From: Bacteroidales bacterium
GTDB taxonomy: Bacteria; Bacteroidota; Bacteroidia; Bacteroidales; WCHB1-69
Assembly: GCA_024400785.1 (NCBI GenBank)
Contig: JAKSME010000001.1
Coordinates: forward strand, 16,198 to 80,197
Direction of reading: 5' to 3'
DNA: 64,000 nucleotides
Positions 29,533 to 38,227 of this stretch are shown piece after piece. The notes beneath the pieces are model-generated. The model ran no database searches and was not told the DNA's origin. It saw nothing but the letters and a program-made list of their open reading frames with translations. Both the position numbers and the translations under genes were made by a program. Within the stretch, counting starts at the first letter, position 1; each line of letters begins with the position of its first letter.

Positions 29533-30036
29533 ATGAAAAAATGGTGGACAATTTTATTTGCACTCGGATGTTTTGCATTATTCTATGGATGCAAAAAGGA
29601 GGATTCCGGAAACAGTGTATTCTCAAAAAAACCAAAGGATTTGATAGAAGAAGACACGTTGGCCGCGTTGATTGCGGAACAGCTTCTATTTGAATCCACA
29701 ATGGACTTTGTAAAGCAAAATATAGAACAGGAAGATACCGTTCTTTATTCGCAAATCAACCAATTGGCTGGCGACCAACCCATTTCAACGGATACAATGG
29801 CCATGGGGTCCATGTACACTTTAGTAAAATTGGCGAGAACTCACTACGCCTCTTGGTTACAGCAACATAATATAACAGCCTATCAGTACGAGAGGTCTGT
29901 CCGTTACTACTTTGTTACGCCGGAGCGTATCAAGCATTTAATGACGAAGGTGCAAAATATTCTTGCCACCATTCCCACAAATCCGGAGCCGATACCGGAG
30001 GACTCCACGCTCGGTCGCACCTTCATTAATCAATAG
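29533..30036 (+). CDS. Lipoprotein, DUF4296-like
   Basis: 167 aa. Lipobox FYGC. The PKDLIEEDTLAALIAEQLLFE pattern resembles DUF4296. TAATTTTG box at 29520-29527. Confidence 0.5.
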   Translation: MKKWWTILFALGCFALFYGCKKEDSGNSVFSKKPKDLIEEDTLAALIAEQLLFESTMDFVKQNIEQEDTVLYSQINQLAGDQPISTDTMAMGSMYTLVKLARTHYASWLQQHNITAYQYERSVRYYFVTPERIKHLMTKVQNILATIPTNPEPIPEDSTLGRTFINQ

Positions 30037-30038
30037 CC

Positions 30039-30533
30039 ATGCCAACTTTTAGCATCATAGCCGCCGCCGGCCTCAACAACGAAATCGGTATTCATAACCA
30101 ACTGCTCTGCCATTTACCAGCAGACTTGCGCCGCTTTAAAGAACTCACCACCGGCCACCCCGTCGTCATGGGACATAATACCTGGGACTCCCTGCCCATA
30201 AAACCTCTCCCCCATCGCACCAACTTCGTACTTAGCCACAATCTGGCACTCTCCATTCCCAACGCCACCGTCTTTCATTCCCTTGCTGAATTGCAACAAC
30301 TTCTTGACAATCATCAAGAAACATTCATCATCGGAGGTGAAAAAGTGTACCAGCTTTTTATGGGCATTGCTGACAATATCTACCTCACCCGCATCTTGGG
30401 AAACTTCACTGCCGATGCTTTTTTCCCCATCATCGATGAAAAAAAATGGCACCTCGCTGAAGAAACCTTCCGCCCTCGCGATGAAAAAAATCCTTACGAT
30501 TTAGAGTTCCAAAAATGGGTTAGAATGGAGTGA
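30039..30533 (+). CDS. folA: Dihydrofolate reductase
   Basis: 164 aa. Motifs IIAAAGLNNEIG, LPADLRRFKELTTGHPVVMGHNTWDSLP, RTNFVLS and IIGGEKVY. Confidence 0.88.
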   Translation: MPTFSIIAAAGLNNEIGIHNQLLCHLPADLRRFKELTTGHPVVMGHNTWDSLPIKPLPHRTNFVLSHNLALSIPNATVFHSLAELQQLLDNHQETFIIGGEKVYQLFMGIADNIYLTRILGNFTADAFFPIIDEKKWHLAEETFRPRDEKNPYDLEFQKWVRME

Positions 30534-31062
30534 CGAACTCTCGCAAAGTCGGCCCGATACTGTCTTTTTCTGACAAAATCGGATGCTCAACCCCCCATTC
30601 CACATGAATGTCGGGATCATTGTAAACAATGTTCCCCTCGGAAGCTTTGTTGTAAAAATTGGAACACTTATAAGCAAAAATAGTGTTATCCTCCAAGACA
30701 GAAAATCCATGGGCAAAACCCTTGGGGACAAATAGTTGGTAATGGTTTTCACCCGTCAGCACGGCAGAAACATACTGGCCATAAGTCGGGCTTCCCGCGC
30801 GAAGGTCAACGGCGACATCAAGCACTGCACCTTGAATCACACTCACCAATTTCGCCTGTGTGAATGGTGGCTTTTGGAAATGAAGCCCACGTACTACATT
30901 TTTCTGTGAAAAAGATTGATTGTCTTGCACAAACACTTCATCAATGCCGGCGGCACGGTATCTTTCTTCATTATATGTTTCGTAAAACCATCCTCTCGCA
31001 TCTCCGAAGATTTGAGGTTTTACCAATTTCACTCCTTCAATCTGCAAATCAATAACTTCCAT
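30520..31062 (-). CDS. rfbC: dTDP-4-dehydrorhamnose 3,5-epimerase
   Basis: 180 aa. Motifs FGDARGWFYETY, QDNQSFS, VRGLHFQ, KLVSVIQGAVLDVAVDLR, SPTYGQ and PKGFAHGF. Confidence 0.92.
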   Translation of the reverse strand: MEVIDLQIEGVKLVKPQIFGDARGWFYETYNEERYRAAGIDEVFVQDNQSFSQKNVVRGLHFQKPPFTQAKLVSVIQGAVLDVAVDLRAGSPTYGQYVSAVLTGENHYQLFVPKGFAHGFSVLEDNTIFAYKCSNFYNKASEGNIVYNDPDIHVEWGVEHPILSEKDSIGPTLREFVTPF

Positions 31063-31082
31063 ATCTATGGCTTTTATTTCTA

Positions 31083-31856
31083 TTATTCAAATACTTGCGC
31101 TTCAATTCCGAGAGCGCGCACTCTGGCAGCCACCTTCTCCAAATCAGCTTTATATACTTTTACTAACTGCTTCGCGGGAGTTTCGCGGTCAAGAGAGTAA
31201 AGCACAACCTTCCGCGGTTTCAGCTCTTCCAACACCTTCAACCATGCAGAAACATTTTCCTCTGAAGTATTATCAAACTTCACCCCGTCAATTTCCCCTT
31301 TCAAAAACATCGACTGCATTATGAAGTTACCTTGGAAAGCTCGAATTCCTTTCACCGTGTCGGCCATGGTTATAGGAATGGTCGGACGATTGATGAGTGT
31401 GTAAAGTTCTGGCAGACCTGCGTCAAGTTTCAACATCGGATTATCAATCTTTAAAAGGGCGGCACGCACATCTGCATTCTGCAACTTTGTGGCATTGGAA
31501 AGACAAGTGATTTCCGCATGCGGGTAATATTTATCTCTAATAACTATCAGTCTATCAATAATTTCTCCGAACTGCGGATGCAATGTCGGCTCACCATTCC
31601 CTGAAAAGGTAATGCTATCGATATGCGTGTTGTCTTCGCGACATTTTTGCAACTTCTGCTCAATGGCCTGAATCACGATGTCGGCACTAACGAAATGTGT
31701 TGCAGTGATATCTTTTTCCAAAGTCCAACCGCATTCGCAATAAATGCAGTCGAACGAACAAATTTTCACGTCCGTAGGCGAAACATTGATACCCAAAGAG
31801 CTGCCCAAACGGCGGCTGTGAATCGGACCAAAAGCAATACTTTCCCAAAGAAACAT
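31083..31856 (-). CDS. Radical SAM protein
   Basis: 257 aa. FGPIHSRRLGSSLGINV followed by the CxxxCxxC-type cluster motif CSFDCIYCECGW. Confidence 0.8.
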   Translation of the reverse strand: MFLWESIAFGPIHSRRLGSSLGINVSPTDVKICSFDCIYCECGWTLEKDITATHFVSADIVIQAIEQKLQKCREDNTHIDSITFSGNGEPTLHPQFGEIIDRLIVIRDKYYPHAEITCLSNATKLQNADVRAALLKIDNPMLKLDAGLPELYTLINRPTIPITMADTVKGIRAFQGNFIMQSMFLKGEIDGVKFDNTSEENVSAWLKVLEELKPRKVVLYSLDRETPAKQLVKVYKADLEKVAARVRALGIEAQVFE

Positions 31857-31857
31857 T

Positions 31858-32421
31858 TTATAACAAATTAGAAGGTGATTTCATCAATTCATCGGTTTGG
31901 GCGAAAAGTTCGTCCATGGTGCCATTATTGTACAAAACAGCGTTAGCGCGGCGGATGCACTCCGACAGATTTTGCTTGTTGGGGTCGGTGGAAGTCATTT
32001 CCCGCTGCTCGTTAGCGATAAAGGTTTCATAATCAACGTGGTCGGTTTCAGAATTACGGATTACCGCGCGTTGATAACGGATTTTCGGATCGGCGTCAAC
32101 GGCCCACAGTTGGAAGTGTGCTTTCTGGCTCAGCGCATCGATTTCTCCCGGAGTGCGGATGCTCTCAATGATGGCATTCCGCCCCTTCGCCGCAGCCCGC
32201 TCGTAAAGTTGGTCGGCAATATACGACGGTGAATGCTGAGCCCGCAAGTCGTTAGCCACCAGCGTAAAAGAATCGCGGTTGGGCACCAGTCCCCGTCGAA
32301 TTACCTCCTCTCGCAAAAAATCACGTACAGAAAAATGCACAAAACCATATCTCTCCTTCAGGTATTCCACCACAGTTCCTTTCCCTGCCCCCAAAGTTCC
32401 TGTTATGCCAATAATTATCAT
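31858..32421 (-). CDS. P-loop nucleoside/nucleotide kinase-like protein (dephospho-CoA kinase/AAA_18-like)
   Basis: 187 aa. Walker A motif GITGTLGAGKGT at the N-terminus. Stop is 1 nt before the radical SAM gene start. Confidence 0.65.
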   Translation of the reverse strand: MIIIGITGTLGAGKGTVVEYLKERYGFVHFSVRDFLREEVIRRGLVPNRDSFTLVANDLRAQHSPSYIADQLYERAAAKGRNAIIESIRTPGEIDALSQKAHFQLWAVDADPKIRYQRAVIRNSETDHVDYETFIANEQREMTSTDPNKQNLSECIRRANAVLYNNGTMDELFAQTDELMKSPSNLL

Positions 32422-32432
32422 AGTATGTTTGT

Positions 32433-33560
32433 TTATTTACCAATAATAATGTTACAAATTTTTCGCTGCACCTCCTCTGTCAACTCGGTGTGCATCGGCA
32501 ACGAAAGCACTGTTTGTGCCAGCGCCTCGGCCACCGGAAAATCTCCGGGATGATAACCCCAAGCAGAAAATGCTGGTTGCAGATGCAGCGGAACCGGATA
32601 ATATACCATGCTCGCGATACCCGCCTCGGTGAGTTTCTGCTGCAACGCGGACCGACGATCACCGCTGTCGAGACGAAGCGTATATTGATGGTAAACGTGC
32701 GTGCAATTTGAAGCCACAAGCGGTTTTTTCAGCCACGCAACTCCCGACAACATGCGGTTGTACGTGGCTGCTGCTGCTTGGCGCGCCGCAGTATATTCGT
32801 TCAAATGACGGAGTTTTACCTCCAATACCGCGGCCTGAATCGTGTCTAAGCGCGAGTTGAGGCCGACGCGCTCGTGATGATACTTTTGCGTGGAACCGTG
32901 GTTGGCGATGCTGCAAAGTTGCTGCGCCAGCGCATCATCCTGCGTGAAGATGGCACCGCCGTCGCCAAAACAACCCAGGTTCTTGGAGGGGAAAAACGAC
33001 ATACAACCGATATTTCCCATCGTTCCCGCCATACATTTTCTTCCATCGGAAAAAGTATATTCGGCGCCGATGGCCTGACAGGCATCTTCCACCACATAAA
33101 GGTTGTGGCGGCGCGCTATTTCCAAAAGCGGCTCCATGTCGGCGCACTGCCCAAACAAGTGTACGGGAAGGATGACGCGGGTGCGCGGGGTGATGGCTGA
33201 TTCGATGAGTGATACATTAATATTATATGTGTCTGCATCCACGTCCACGAAAACAGGTTTTAGACCGAGAAGAGCTACCACTTCGGCGGTAGCCACGAAA
33301 GTAAAGGGGGTGGTGATGACTTCATCGCCAGGCCGGAGATTGAGCGCCATCAGCGCAATTTGTAAGGCGTCGGTGCCGTTTCCACACGTTATCACGTGGC
33401 GACAATGGAGAAAAAGAGAGAGTTTTTGCTGAAAATTCTGAACTTTTCCTCCGTTGATGAACACACCTTGTGACAATACTTCGGCCAGGGCTGAATCAAC
33501 TTCATCCTTTATTTTTTGGTACTGCCCGCACAAATCCACCATGGGAATAGAAAAACTCAT
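32433..33560 (-). CDS. DegT/DnrJ/EryC1/StrS-family sugar aminotransferase
   Basis: 375 aa. Motifs GNGTDALQIAL, DVDADTYNI, PVHLFGQ, SFFPSKNLG and GDGGAI. Confidence 0.9.
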   Translation of the reverse strand: MSFSIPMVDLCGQYQKIKDEVDSALAEVLSQGVFINGGKVQNFQQKLSLFLHCRHVITCGNGTDALQIALMALNLRPGDEVITTPFTFVATAEVVALLGLKPVFVDVDADTYNINVSLIESAITPRTRVILPVHLFGQCADMEPLLEIARRHNLYVVEDACQAIGAEYTFSDGRKCMAGTMGNIGCMSFFPSKNLGCFGDGGAIFTQDDALAQQLCSIANHGSTQKYHHERVGLNSRLDTIQAAVLEVKLRHLNEYTAARQAAAATYNRMLSGVAWLKKPLVASNCTHVYHQYTLRLDSGDRRSALQQKLTEAGIASMVYYPVPLHLQPAFSAWGYHPGDFPVAEALAQTVLSLPMHTELTEEVQRKICNIIIGK

Positions 33561-33635
33561 CTCTCTTTTTTTGGGACGGCAAAATTACAAAAAACATTAA
33601 ATTTTTGCGTGTCCTATTATTTCCAAAAAAAATTG

Positions 33636-33643
33636 TATTTTTG
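33636..33643 (+). promoter_or_regulatory. -7 promoter box TATTTTTG upstream of the T9SS-substrate gene
   Basis: Perfect TAnnTTTG 38 nt before the ATG at 33682. Confidence 0.45.
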
Positions 33644-33681
33644 CACCCAAAATTTCATTATTAACCTAAATTAAAAAAGTT

Positions 33682-35046
33682 ATGAAAAAATTGTTTACCT
33701 TCTTTGCTGCAATGGCATTGGTTACCATGTCATTTGCACAGCTGACGGAAAGCACCGTAACTAACGTTGACAACGGTAATCTCAACCGTAGCGACTGGTT
33801 TGGTTACACTTCAAACTCCAGCTCAGCTTTCATTTTCGACGCAGAAGCTGAATATCTGCTTCGTATTCCCGCTGGCGAATTGGTAGCTGGTACCACCATT
33901 ACCAAAGTTACCTTCCAGCACCTTACCAGCGATAACTTCAGCGGTTACACTGGAACTCCTTTCGCTTGCGAAACCTACACCATCAAAATTTACACCGGTA
34001 CCACTCTTACCCCCGTTACTTACATGGGTTCTGACGAACAAGAACACACCTACGATTCTTTAGCTCCTGGTACTATTACCTACTCACAGACTTACAGCCC
34101 GACCGAAACTGGTATTCAGGAAGTAACCCTTACCACTCCTTTCACCGTTCCGACTACTGATTTCTGTGTTGCTATCTATGCTCCTGACAAAAGTGCAGGC
34201 GGCCTTTGCCCGACCGATCCCTCTAGTGCAGACCGTTCATTCGCTTATATGGATGACGAAACTGGTTGGTGGCACTATCAATTCGGCAATGAAGTTAGTG
34301 GTTACACTGACAAACCGTGGTTCCTCGCTGTTTACAATGATGATGGCGTAGGTTATCAACCGAAGAGCGACTGGCACACTGAAATGTACGATCCCGATGA
34401 CGCTCAAACCTATCCGGATGAAATCACCTCTCTTTACATTGACCAATATGTTGACTCACTCCGCGTTTATTTAGGCGCTTTCAACATGGGTATTGACTCT
34501 TCTTACGGTGCATACTACCTCAACCTCTATGTTGACGGTACCACTCCGCTCTATTTCTGGGAACATGAATCACTTTTCGAAGAAGGTGTTTTCGACAGCT
34601 ATCAACCGAACTATGGTTTCCGTTTCCAAGAAACCATCTGCGCTATCGCTGACCTCGAAGCTGAATATGGTCTTAGCTTCCCCTTCGATTTCTGCTTCAA
34701 CCTTGAATATGAATCAGCTCCTGATTACAACGGTTATGATCCGAACTTGGAAAACAACACTTGGTGTGTTACTTATACCAATGAAGAAAATCCGGGACCT
34801 GGCGTACACGAAAACGCTGACAACCTGAATGTTTATCCGAACCCGGCTTGCAACGTAATCAACGTTGAAAACGTAGCTGGTGCTCAGATTTCTATCTTCA
34901 ACATCGCTGGTCAAGAAGTTTTGGCTATCGAAGCTGCTAACGCTAACGAAACCATCAACGTAGCTAACCTCACCGAAGGTGTTTACGTTGTTCGCGTTGT
35001 TAACGGCAACGAAGTTGCTACCAGCAAGGTTAGCATCGTTCGCTAA
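33682..35046 (+). CDS. Secreted protein with T9SS type-A C-terminal sorting domain
   Basis: 454 aa. Signal peptide. The C-terminal about 80 aa (LNVYPNPACNVINVENVAGAQISIFNIAGQEVL...GVYVVRVVNGNEVATSKVSIVR) match the Por/T9SS CTD pattern. Confidence 0.75.
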   Translation: MKKLFTFFAAMALVTMSFAQLTESTVTNVDNGNLNRSDWFGYTSNSSSAFIFDAEAEYLLRIPAGELVAGTTITKVTFQHLTSDNFSGYTGTPFACETYTIKIYTGTTLTPVTYMGSDEQEHTYDSLAPGTITYSQTYSPTETGIQEVTLTTPFTVPTTDFCVAIYAPDKSAGGLCPTDPSSADRSFAYMDDETGWWHYQFGNEVSGYTDKPWFLAVYNDDGVGYQPKSDWHTEMYDPDDAQTYPDEITSLYIDQYVDSLRVYLGAFNMGIDSSYGAYYLNLYVDGTTPLYFWEHESLFEEGVFDSYQPNYGFRFQETICAIADLEAEYGLSFPFDFCFNLEYESAPDYNGYDPNLENNTWCVTYTNEENPGPGVHENADNLNVYPNPACNVINVENVAGAQISIFNIAGQEVLAIEAANANETINVANLTEGVYVVRVVNGNEVATSKVSIVR

Positions 35047-35073
35047 TTTTAGACTTTAGTCTTTATATATCAC

Positions 35074-35107
35074 AAAAAAGGTCCTCGGATTCCGAGGATC
35101 TTTTTTT
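35074..35107 (+). terminator. Rho-independent terminator
   Basis: GGTCCTCGG-ATT-CCGAGGATC hairpin followed by TTTTTTT, 28 nt after the stop at 35046. Confidence 0.75.
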
Positions 35108-35172
35108 ATTTATACTACCCCGCCTTGACTACCCCGCCCTTCGGGCACCACTTCTAAAAGAAGGGGAAGTAT

Positions 35173-35324
35173 CCCGTTTAACCGATTTTAACCGTTTCCA
35201 CGCTTAACCGTTTCCACGCTTAACCGTTTCCACGCTTAACCGTTTCCACGCTTAACCGTTTCCACGTTTAACCGTTTCCCCCATTTACCAAAATTAACCG
35301 TTTAATCGTTTAACCGTTTAACCG
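35173..35324 (+). repeat. Tandem repeat array: TTAACCGTTTCCACGC x5, flanked by 8-bp-periodic CGTTTAAC units
   Basis: Four perfect 16-mers (35188-35251) plus one lacking the last base (35252-35266). Flanks contain CCGTTTAACCG, TTAACCGTTTAATCGTTTAACCGTTTAACCG. Confidence 0.9.
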
Positions 35325-35332
35325 AAAAAAAG

Positions 35333-35340
35333 TATCTTTG
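35333..35340 (+). promoter_or_regulatory. -7 promoter box TATCTTTG upstream of thpR
   Basis: Perfect TAnnTTTG immediately after the tandem array and 27 nt before the ATG at 35368. Confidence 0.45.
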
Positions 35341-35367
35341 CACTTCCAAATTCGTCAAACCTTTATT

Positions 35368-35925
35368 ATGAAAAGAACCTTTATTGCGCTGCCAATTTCC
35401 CTTGATTCTCAATACGATGCGTTGCAGTCTGAACTGCGCCGCCGCACCGTTTACGACAACATCGTTTGGCAGGCCGGCAATCTTTCCCACCTCACCCTCC
35501 GCTTCATCGGTAAAACTCCAGAAGACAAAATTCCACGCATCATCACCACACTCGACACCATTGCGCAACAAACTCCCGCCCTCGATCTGCGCATCAACAA
35601 ACTCGGAGTTTTCGGAAGCCATTATGCGCCACAGGTGCTGTGGCTCGGTATAGAACCCACTCCCGAATTGAAGCTCCTGGTTTCGCAAATAGAGACCGAA
35701 GTCCGCGCACTCGGCTTCGAACCCAGCCAAGGTAACTTCGTCCCCCATATCACACTGGGGCGCATCAAGAAAATCGACAACAAAAACCGGTTCTGGAAAA
35801 TGTTCGAAGAACTGCAACCCTCTTTCCACCAAGAATTTCACATCTCAGAACTGCATTTTATACGCAGTCGGTTAGAGACTTCCGGACCGATTTATTCATC
35901 ACTTCATATTTCCCAATTACAATAA
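35368..35925 (+). CDS. thpR: RNA 2',3'-cyclic phosphodiesterase (2H phosphoesterase, LigT/ThpR)
   Basis: Two HxTx motifs (HLTLRF and HITLGR) at the expected spacing. Start taken at MKRTFIALPI (35368), downstream of the -7 box. Confidence 0.8.
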   Translation: MKRTFIALPISLDSQYDALQSELRRRTVYDNIVWQAGNLSHLTLRFIGKTPEDKIPRIITTLDTIAQQTPALDLRINKLGVFGSHYAPQVLWLGIEPTPELKLLVSQIETEVRALGFEPSQGNFVPHITLGRIKKIDNKNRFWKMFEELQPSFHQEFHISELHFIRSRLETSGPIYSSLHISQLQ

Positions 35926-35935
35926 ACATCTGAAA

Positions 35936-36943
35936 ATGAAACAACGTCTCGCCATCATTCTCGCGCCCATCATCCTGCTGGCTTCAGCCGTGGCAGTTAG
36001 TTTGGTGGGGGCAGTGCACATACCCGCGGAGGCGTTATGGACAATACTCAAGGCCAAGGTCTGTGGCCATTCGGTGCCAGAACAGTGGCAAATGTACGAA
36101 ATCACGGTGTGGAATCTGCGTTTTCCGCGCATTTTGCTCAGCATGCTGGCAGGAGGGGCATTGGCTGTATGCGGAGCGGCGTTCCAGTCGATTTTCCGCA
36201 ATCCCGTTTGTGACCCGTACATACTCGGCATTTCCTCCGGAGCGTCGCTCGGGGCGGCTTTCGCCATTATCGTTGGTTTGGATGCCTTTATGTTCGGTAT
36301 TCCGGCGGCCGCGCTCGTTACGGCCCTGCTCACACTGCTGCTCATTTTCGGAATCTCGCTGGCGGGAAACCGCAAATCCGTGGAAACCATTCTGCTTGTG
36401 GGCATCGCCCTCAACTTCCTCATTTCTGCAGTGGTTACCCTGTTGATGGTTTTGCACCAAGAATCGCTCGAACAAATCATCTTTTGGACCATGGGAAGTT
36501 TCGCTTCCTGTTCGTGGTTGGAAGTGGGCGGTTTGGCGGTCATGTTATTGTTTTGCGGATTTTTCCTCTTCTTTTATTCCAAAAATCTGAACATTATGCA
36601 GTTGGGGGACGAAACCGCGCAAACTTCCGGGGTGAATGTCAAAAAAACCTCCTATGCGGTTTTGATTTTTGCCTCTCTATTAATAGCGGGAACGGTGGCG
36701 ACCTGTGGGGTTATCGGCTTCGTAGGGCTCATCATTCCGCACATCGTCCGTCTGATTTTTGGCAACAATAACCGTACGGTTTTCACCTTTTCGCTTTTCT
36801 TCGGTGCTTTCTTCTGTCTCCTCGCCGACACCCTCGCCCGCACCGTGGCAGTACCCGCTGAATTGCCCGTCGGAAGCATAACTGCCATAGTGGGAGCACC
36901 TTACTTCATTTCTCTCCTTCTATCTCAAAAATCCCGTAAATAA
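35936..36943 (+). CDS. Iron-siderophore/B12-type ABC transporter permease (FecCD family)
   Basis: 335 aa, about 9-10 TM segments. Typical FecCD motifs: RFPRILLSMLAGGALAVCGAAFQSIFRNPVCDPYILGISSGASLG, IIPHIVRL, LPVGSITAIVGAPYF. Confidence 0.9.
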   Translation: MKQRLAIILAPIILLASAVAVSLVGAVHIPAEALWTILKAKVCGHSVPEQWQMYEITVWNLRFPRILLSMLAGGALAVCGAAFQSIFRNPVCDPYILGISSGASLGAAFAIIVGLDAFMFGIPAAALVTALLTLLLIFGISLAGNRKSVETILLVGIALNFLISAVVTLLMVLHQESLEQIIFWTMGSFASCSWLEVGGLAVMLLFCGFFLFFYSKNLNIMQLGDETAQTSGVNVKKTSYAVLIFASLLIAGTVATCGVIGFVGLIIPHIVRLIFGNNNRTVFTFSLFFGAFFCLLADTLARTVAVPAELPVGSITAIVGAPYFISLLLSQKSRK

Positions 36944-37019
36944 ATCTTCCGATTTTCCAACTTTTTTGACTCATTTTTTGCCCACTTTTTCCTAACTTTC
37001 TATCTCACAGATTGATAAT

Positions 37020-37337
37020 TTTTCAACGCTCTAATTGTTGAAAAGTATTGAAAAATAAAGGGTTTTCAACTATTTCAAAAGGTTACAAAATGACCAAAAG
37101 TTTTTATCATTTTTTTTCAAAAAGTCTCCCGTTTTTTTCACTTCTTTTTTCAACAAAAAAAGAATTTTCTCCCTCAAAATCTTTTCAACAATTCCCCTGC
37201 AAAGAAAAAATTTTCGGAAAATTTTCCTTCTTCAAAATCAGTGGTTTGACCTTTTTTAATCTTGTTGAAAAGCCGTTAATAAATATTGGAAACTATAAAA
37301 ACAAATTTTTCTTGAAAAAGTTTTCAGCGTTTTCAAC
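37020..37337. repeat. Array of TTTTCAAC/GTTGAAAA octamers in a ~490-bp AT-rich intergenic region
   Basis: Forward copies start at 37020, 37063, 37147, 37182 and 37330. Reverse copies start at 37037 and 37264. The first pair forms the inverted repeat TTTTCAAC-N9-GTTGAAAA. Several one-mismatch variants are also present. Confidence 0.8.
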
Positions 37338-37441
37338 AACAATATATCATTAAAAAAAATCATATATTTATTTTTTCTTTTTAATAAATAAAATCAAAAA
37401 ACGGGAGTTTTGAAGTTTGAGATTTTCTGTACTTTTGCCGC

Positions 37442-38227
37442 ATGAAAAAATGGTTGGCTTTTTTTGGAATTTTTGTTGTTGGCATGGCCACTTATGGCCA
37501 GAGGAAAGCCATTTCTGGAACGGCATACGACGCGTCAGCTGTTTTTCCTATTGAAAACGTGGTGGTTTACAATTTGAACACCGGGCACTACGAATTTGGT
37601 GAAAAAGACGGTTCGTATCGGATTGTGGCGGGGCTTCACGACACGCTTTTGTTCTCCTCCGCCCGCTATCGCCAGTCGGTTTACGTGGTGGATTCGCGCG
37701 ACTTCAGCAGGGGCCGCAAAGACGTGATTTTGTACCACAAGGCTTTTGTGTTGCCCAATGTTACCATTTACGGTTTGAATCCGACGTATGAAGGTTTTAA
37801 GAAGGATGTCGCCTCTGTGAAATTGCCCGACTCATATAAGAATTTGGATGATGTCCATTTGTCGAAAGAGGAGCGTGCCAATGCTGCGTATAAGGAAGAG
37901 GCAGCCAATGTGCTGAAAGGAACGAAAGTGGGAAGTCCGATTACTTGGCTTTACTCTGCTTTCAACAAAAAGGAAAAGATGCGTCAGCTGGCGGCGGAAA
38001 TGGAAAGCTATGGCGATGAAATTCAGCAGGTTTCATTGAAATATAATCAGAATCTCGTATCTGAAATCACCGGTTTGGAAGGCGATGAATTGTTGAATTT
38101 TATGATGTACTGCCACTTTAGTTATTACGACATTGTTCGATGGTCGCGCGAGCGCATCATTGAAAATGTAAGATCAAAATATTACGAATACGAATATCTT
38201 AAGGCTTTAGACGACGATGACCAATAA
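37442..38227 (+). CDS. Carboxypeptidase-regulatory-like domain protein
   Basis: 261 aa. Signal peptide, then ISGTAYDASAVFPIENVVVYNLNTGHYEFGEKDGSYRIVAGLHDTLLFSSARY, typical of the CarboxypepD_reg fold. Confidence 0.6.
   Translation: MKKWLAFFGIFVVGMATYGQRKAISGTAYDASAVFPIENVVVYNLNTGHYEFGEKDGSYRIVAGLHDTLLFSSARYRQSVYVVDSRDFSRGRKDVILYHKAFVLPNVTIYGLNPTYEGFKKDVASVKLPDSYKNLDDVHLSKEERANAAYKEEAANVLKGTKVGSPITWLYSAFNKKEKMRQLAAEMESYGDEIQQVSLKYNQNLVSEITGLEGDELLNFMMYCHFSYYDIVRWSRERIIENVRSKYYEYEYLKALDDDDQ

Noticed and set aside
35188-35266. Possibility that the 16-bp tandem array is a CRISPR array
   Set aside because: The units are contiguous with no spacers, are far shorter than CRISPR repeats, and no cas genes are present.
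35302-35841. 179-aa minus-strand ORF overlapping thpR
   Set aside because: The plus-strand frame has the two HxTx motifs diagnostic of 2H phosphoesterases and a promoter box in front. The minus frame has no features.
35917-36543. 208-aa minus-strand ORF and other internal ORFs over the FecCD permease gene
   Set aside because: The plus-strand frame is a full-length, motif-bearing FecCD permease. The antisense frames are Ala/Ser/Arg-rich artefacts.
37048-37353. 101-aa ORF in the AT-rich region after the permease gene
   Set aside because: Its sequence is a low-complexity F/K/S translation of the TTTTCAAC-type repeats, with no promoter-start geometry, so the region is treated as non-coding.
36947-37441. 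Possibility that the octamer-rich AT-rich region is oriC
   Set aside because: No DnaA-box-like TTATCCACA/TGTGGATAA sequences are visible and no dnaA/dnaN lies nearby. Only an unexplained octamer array remains.
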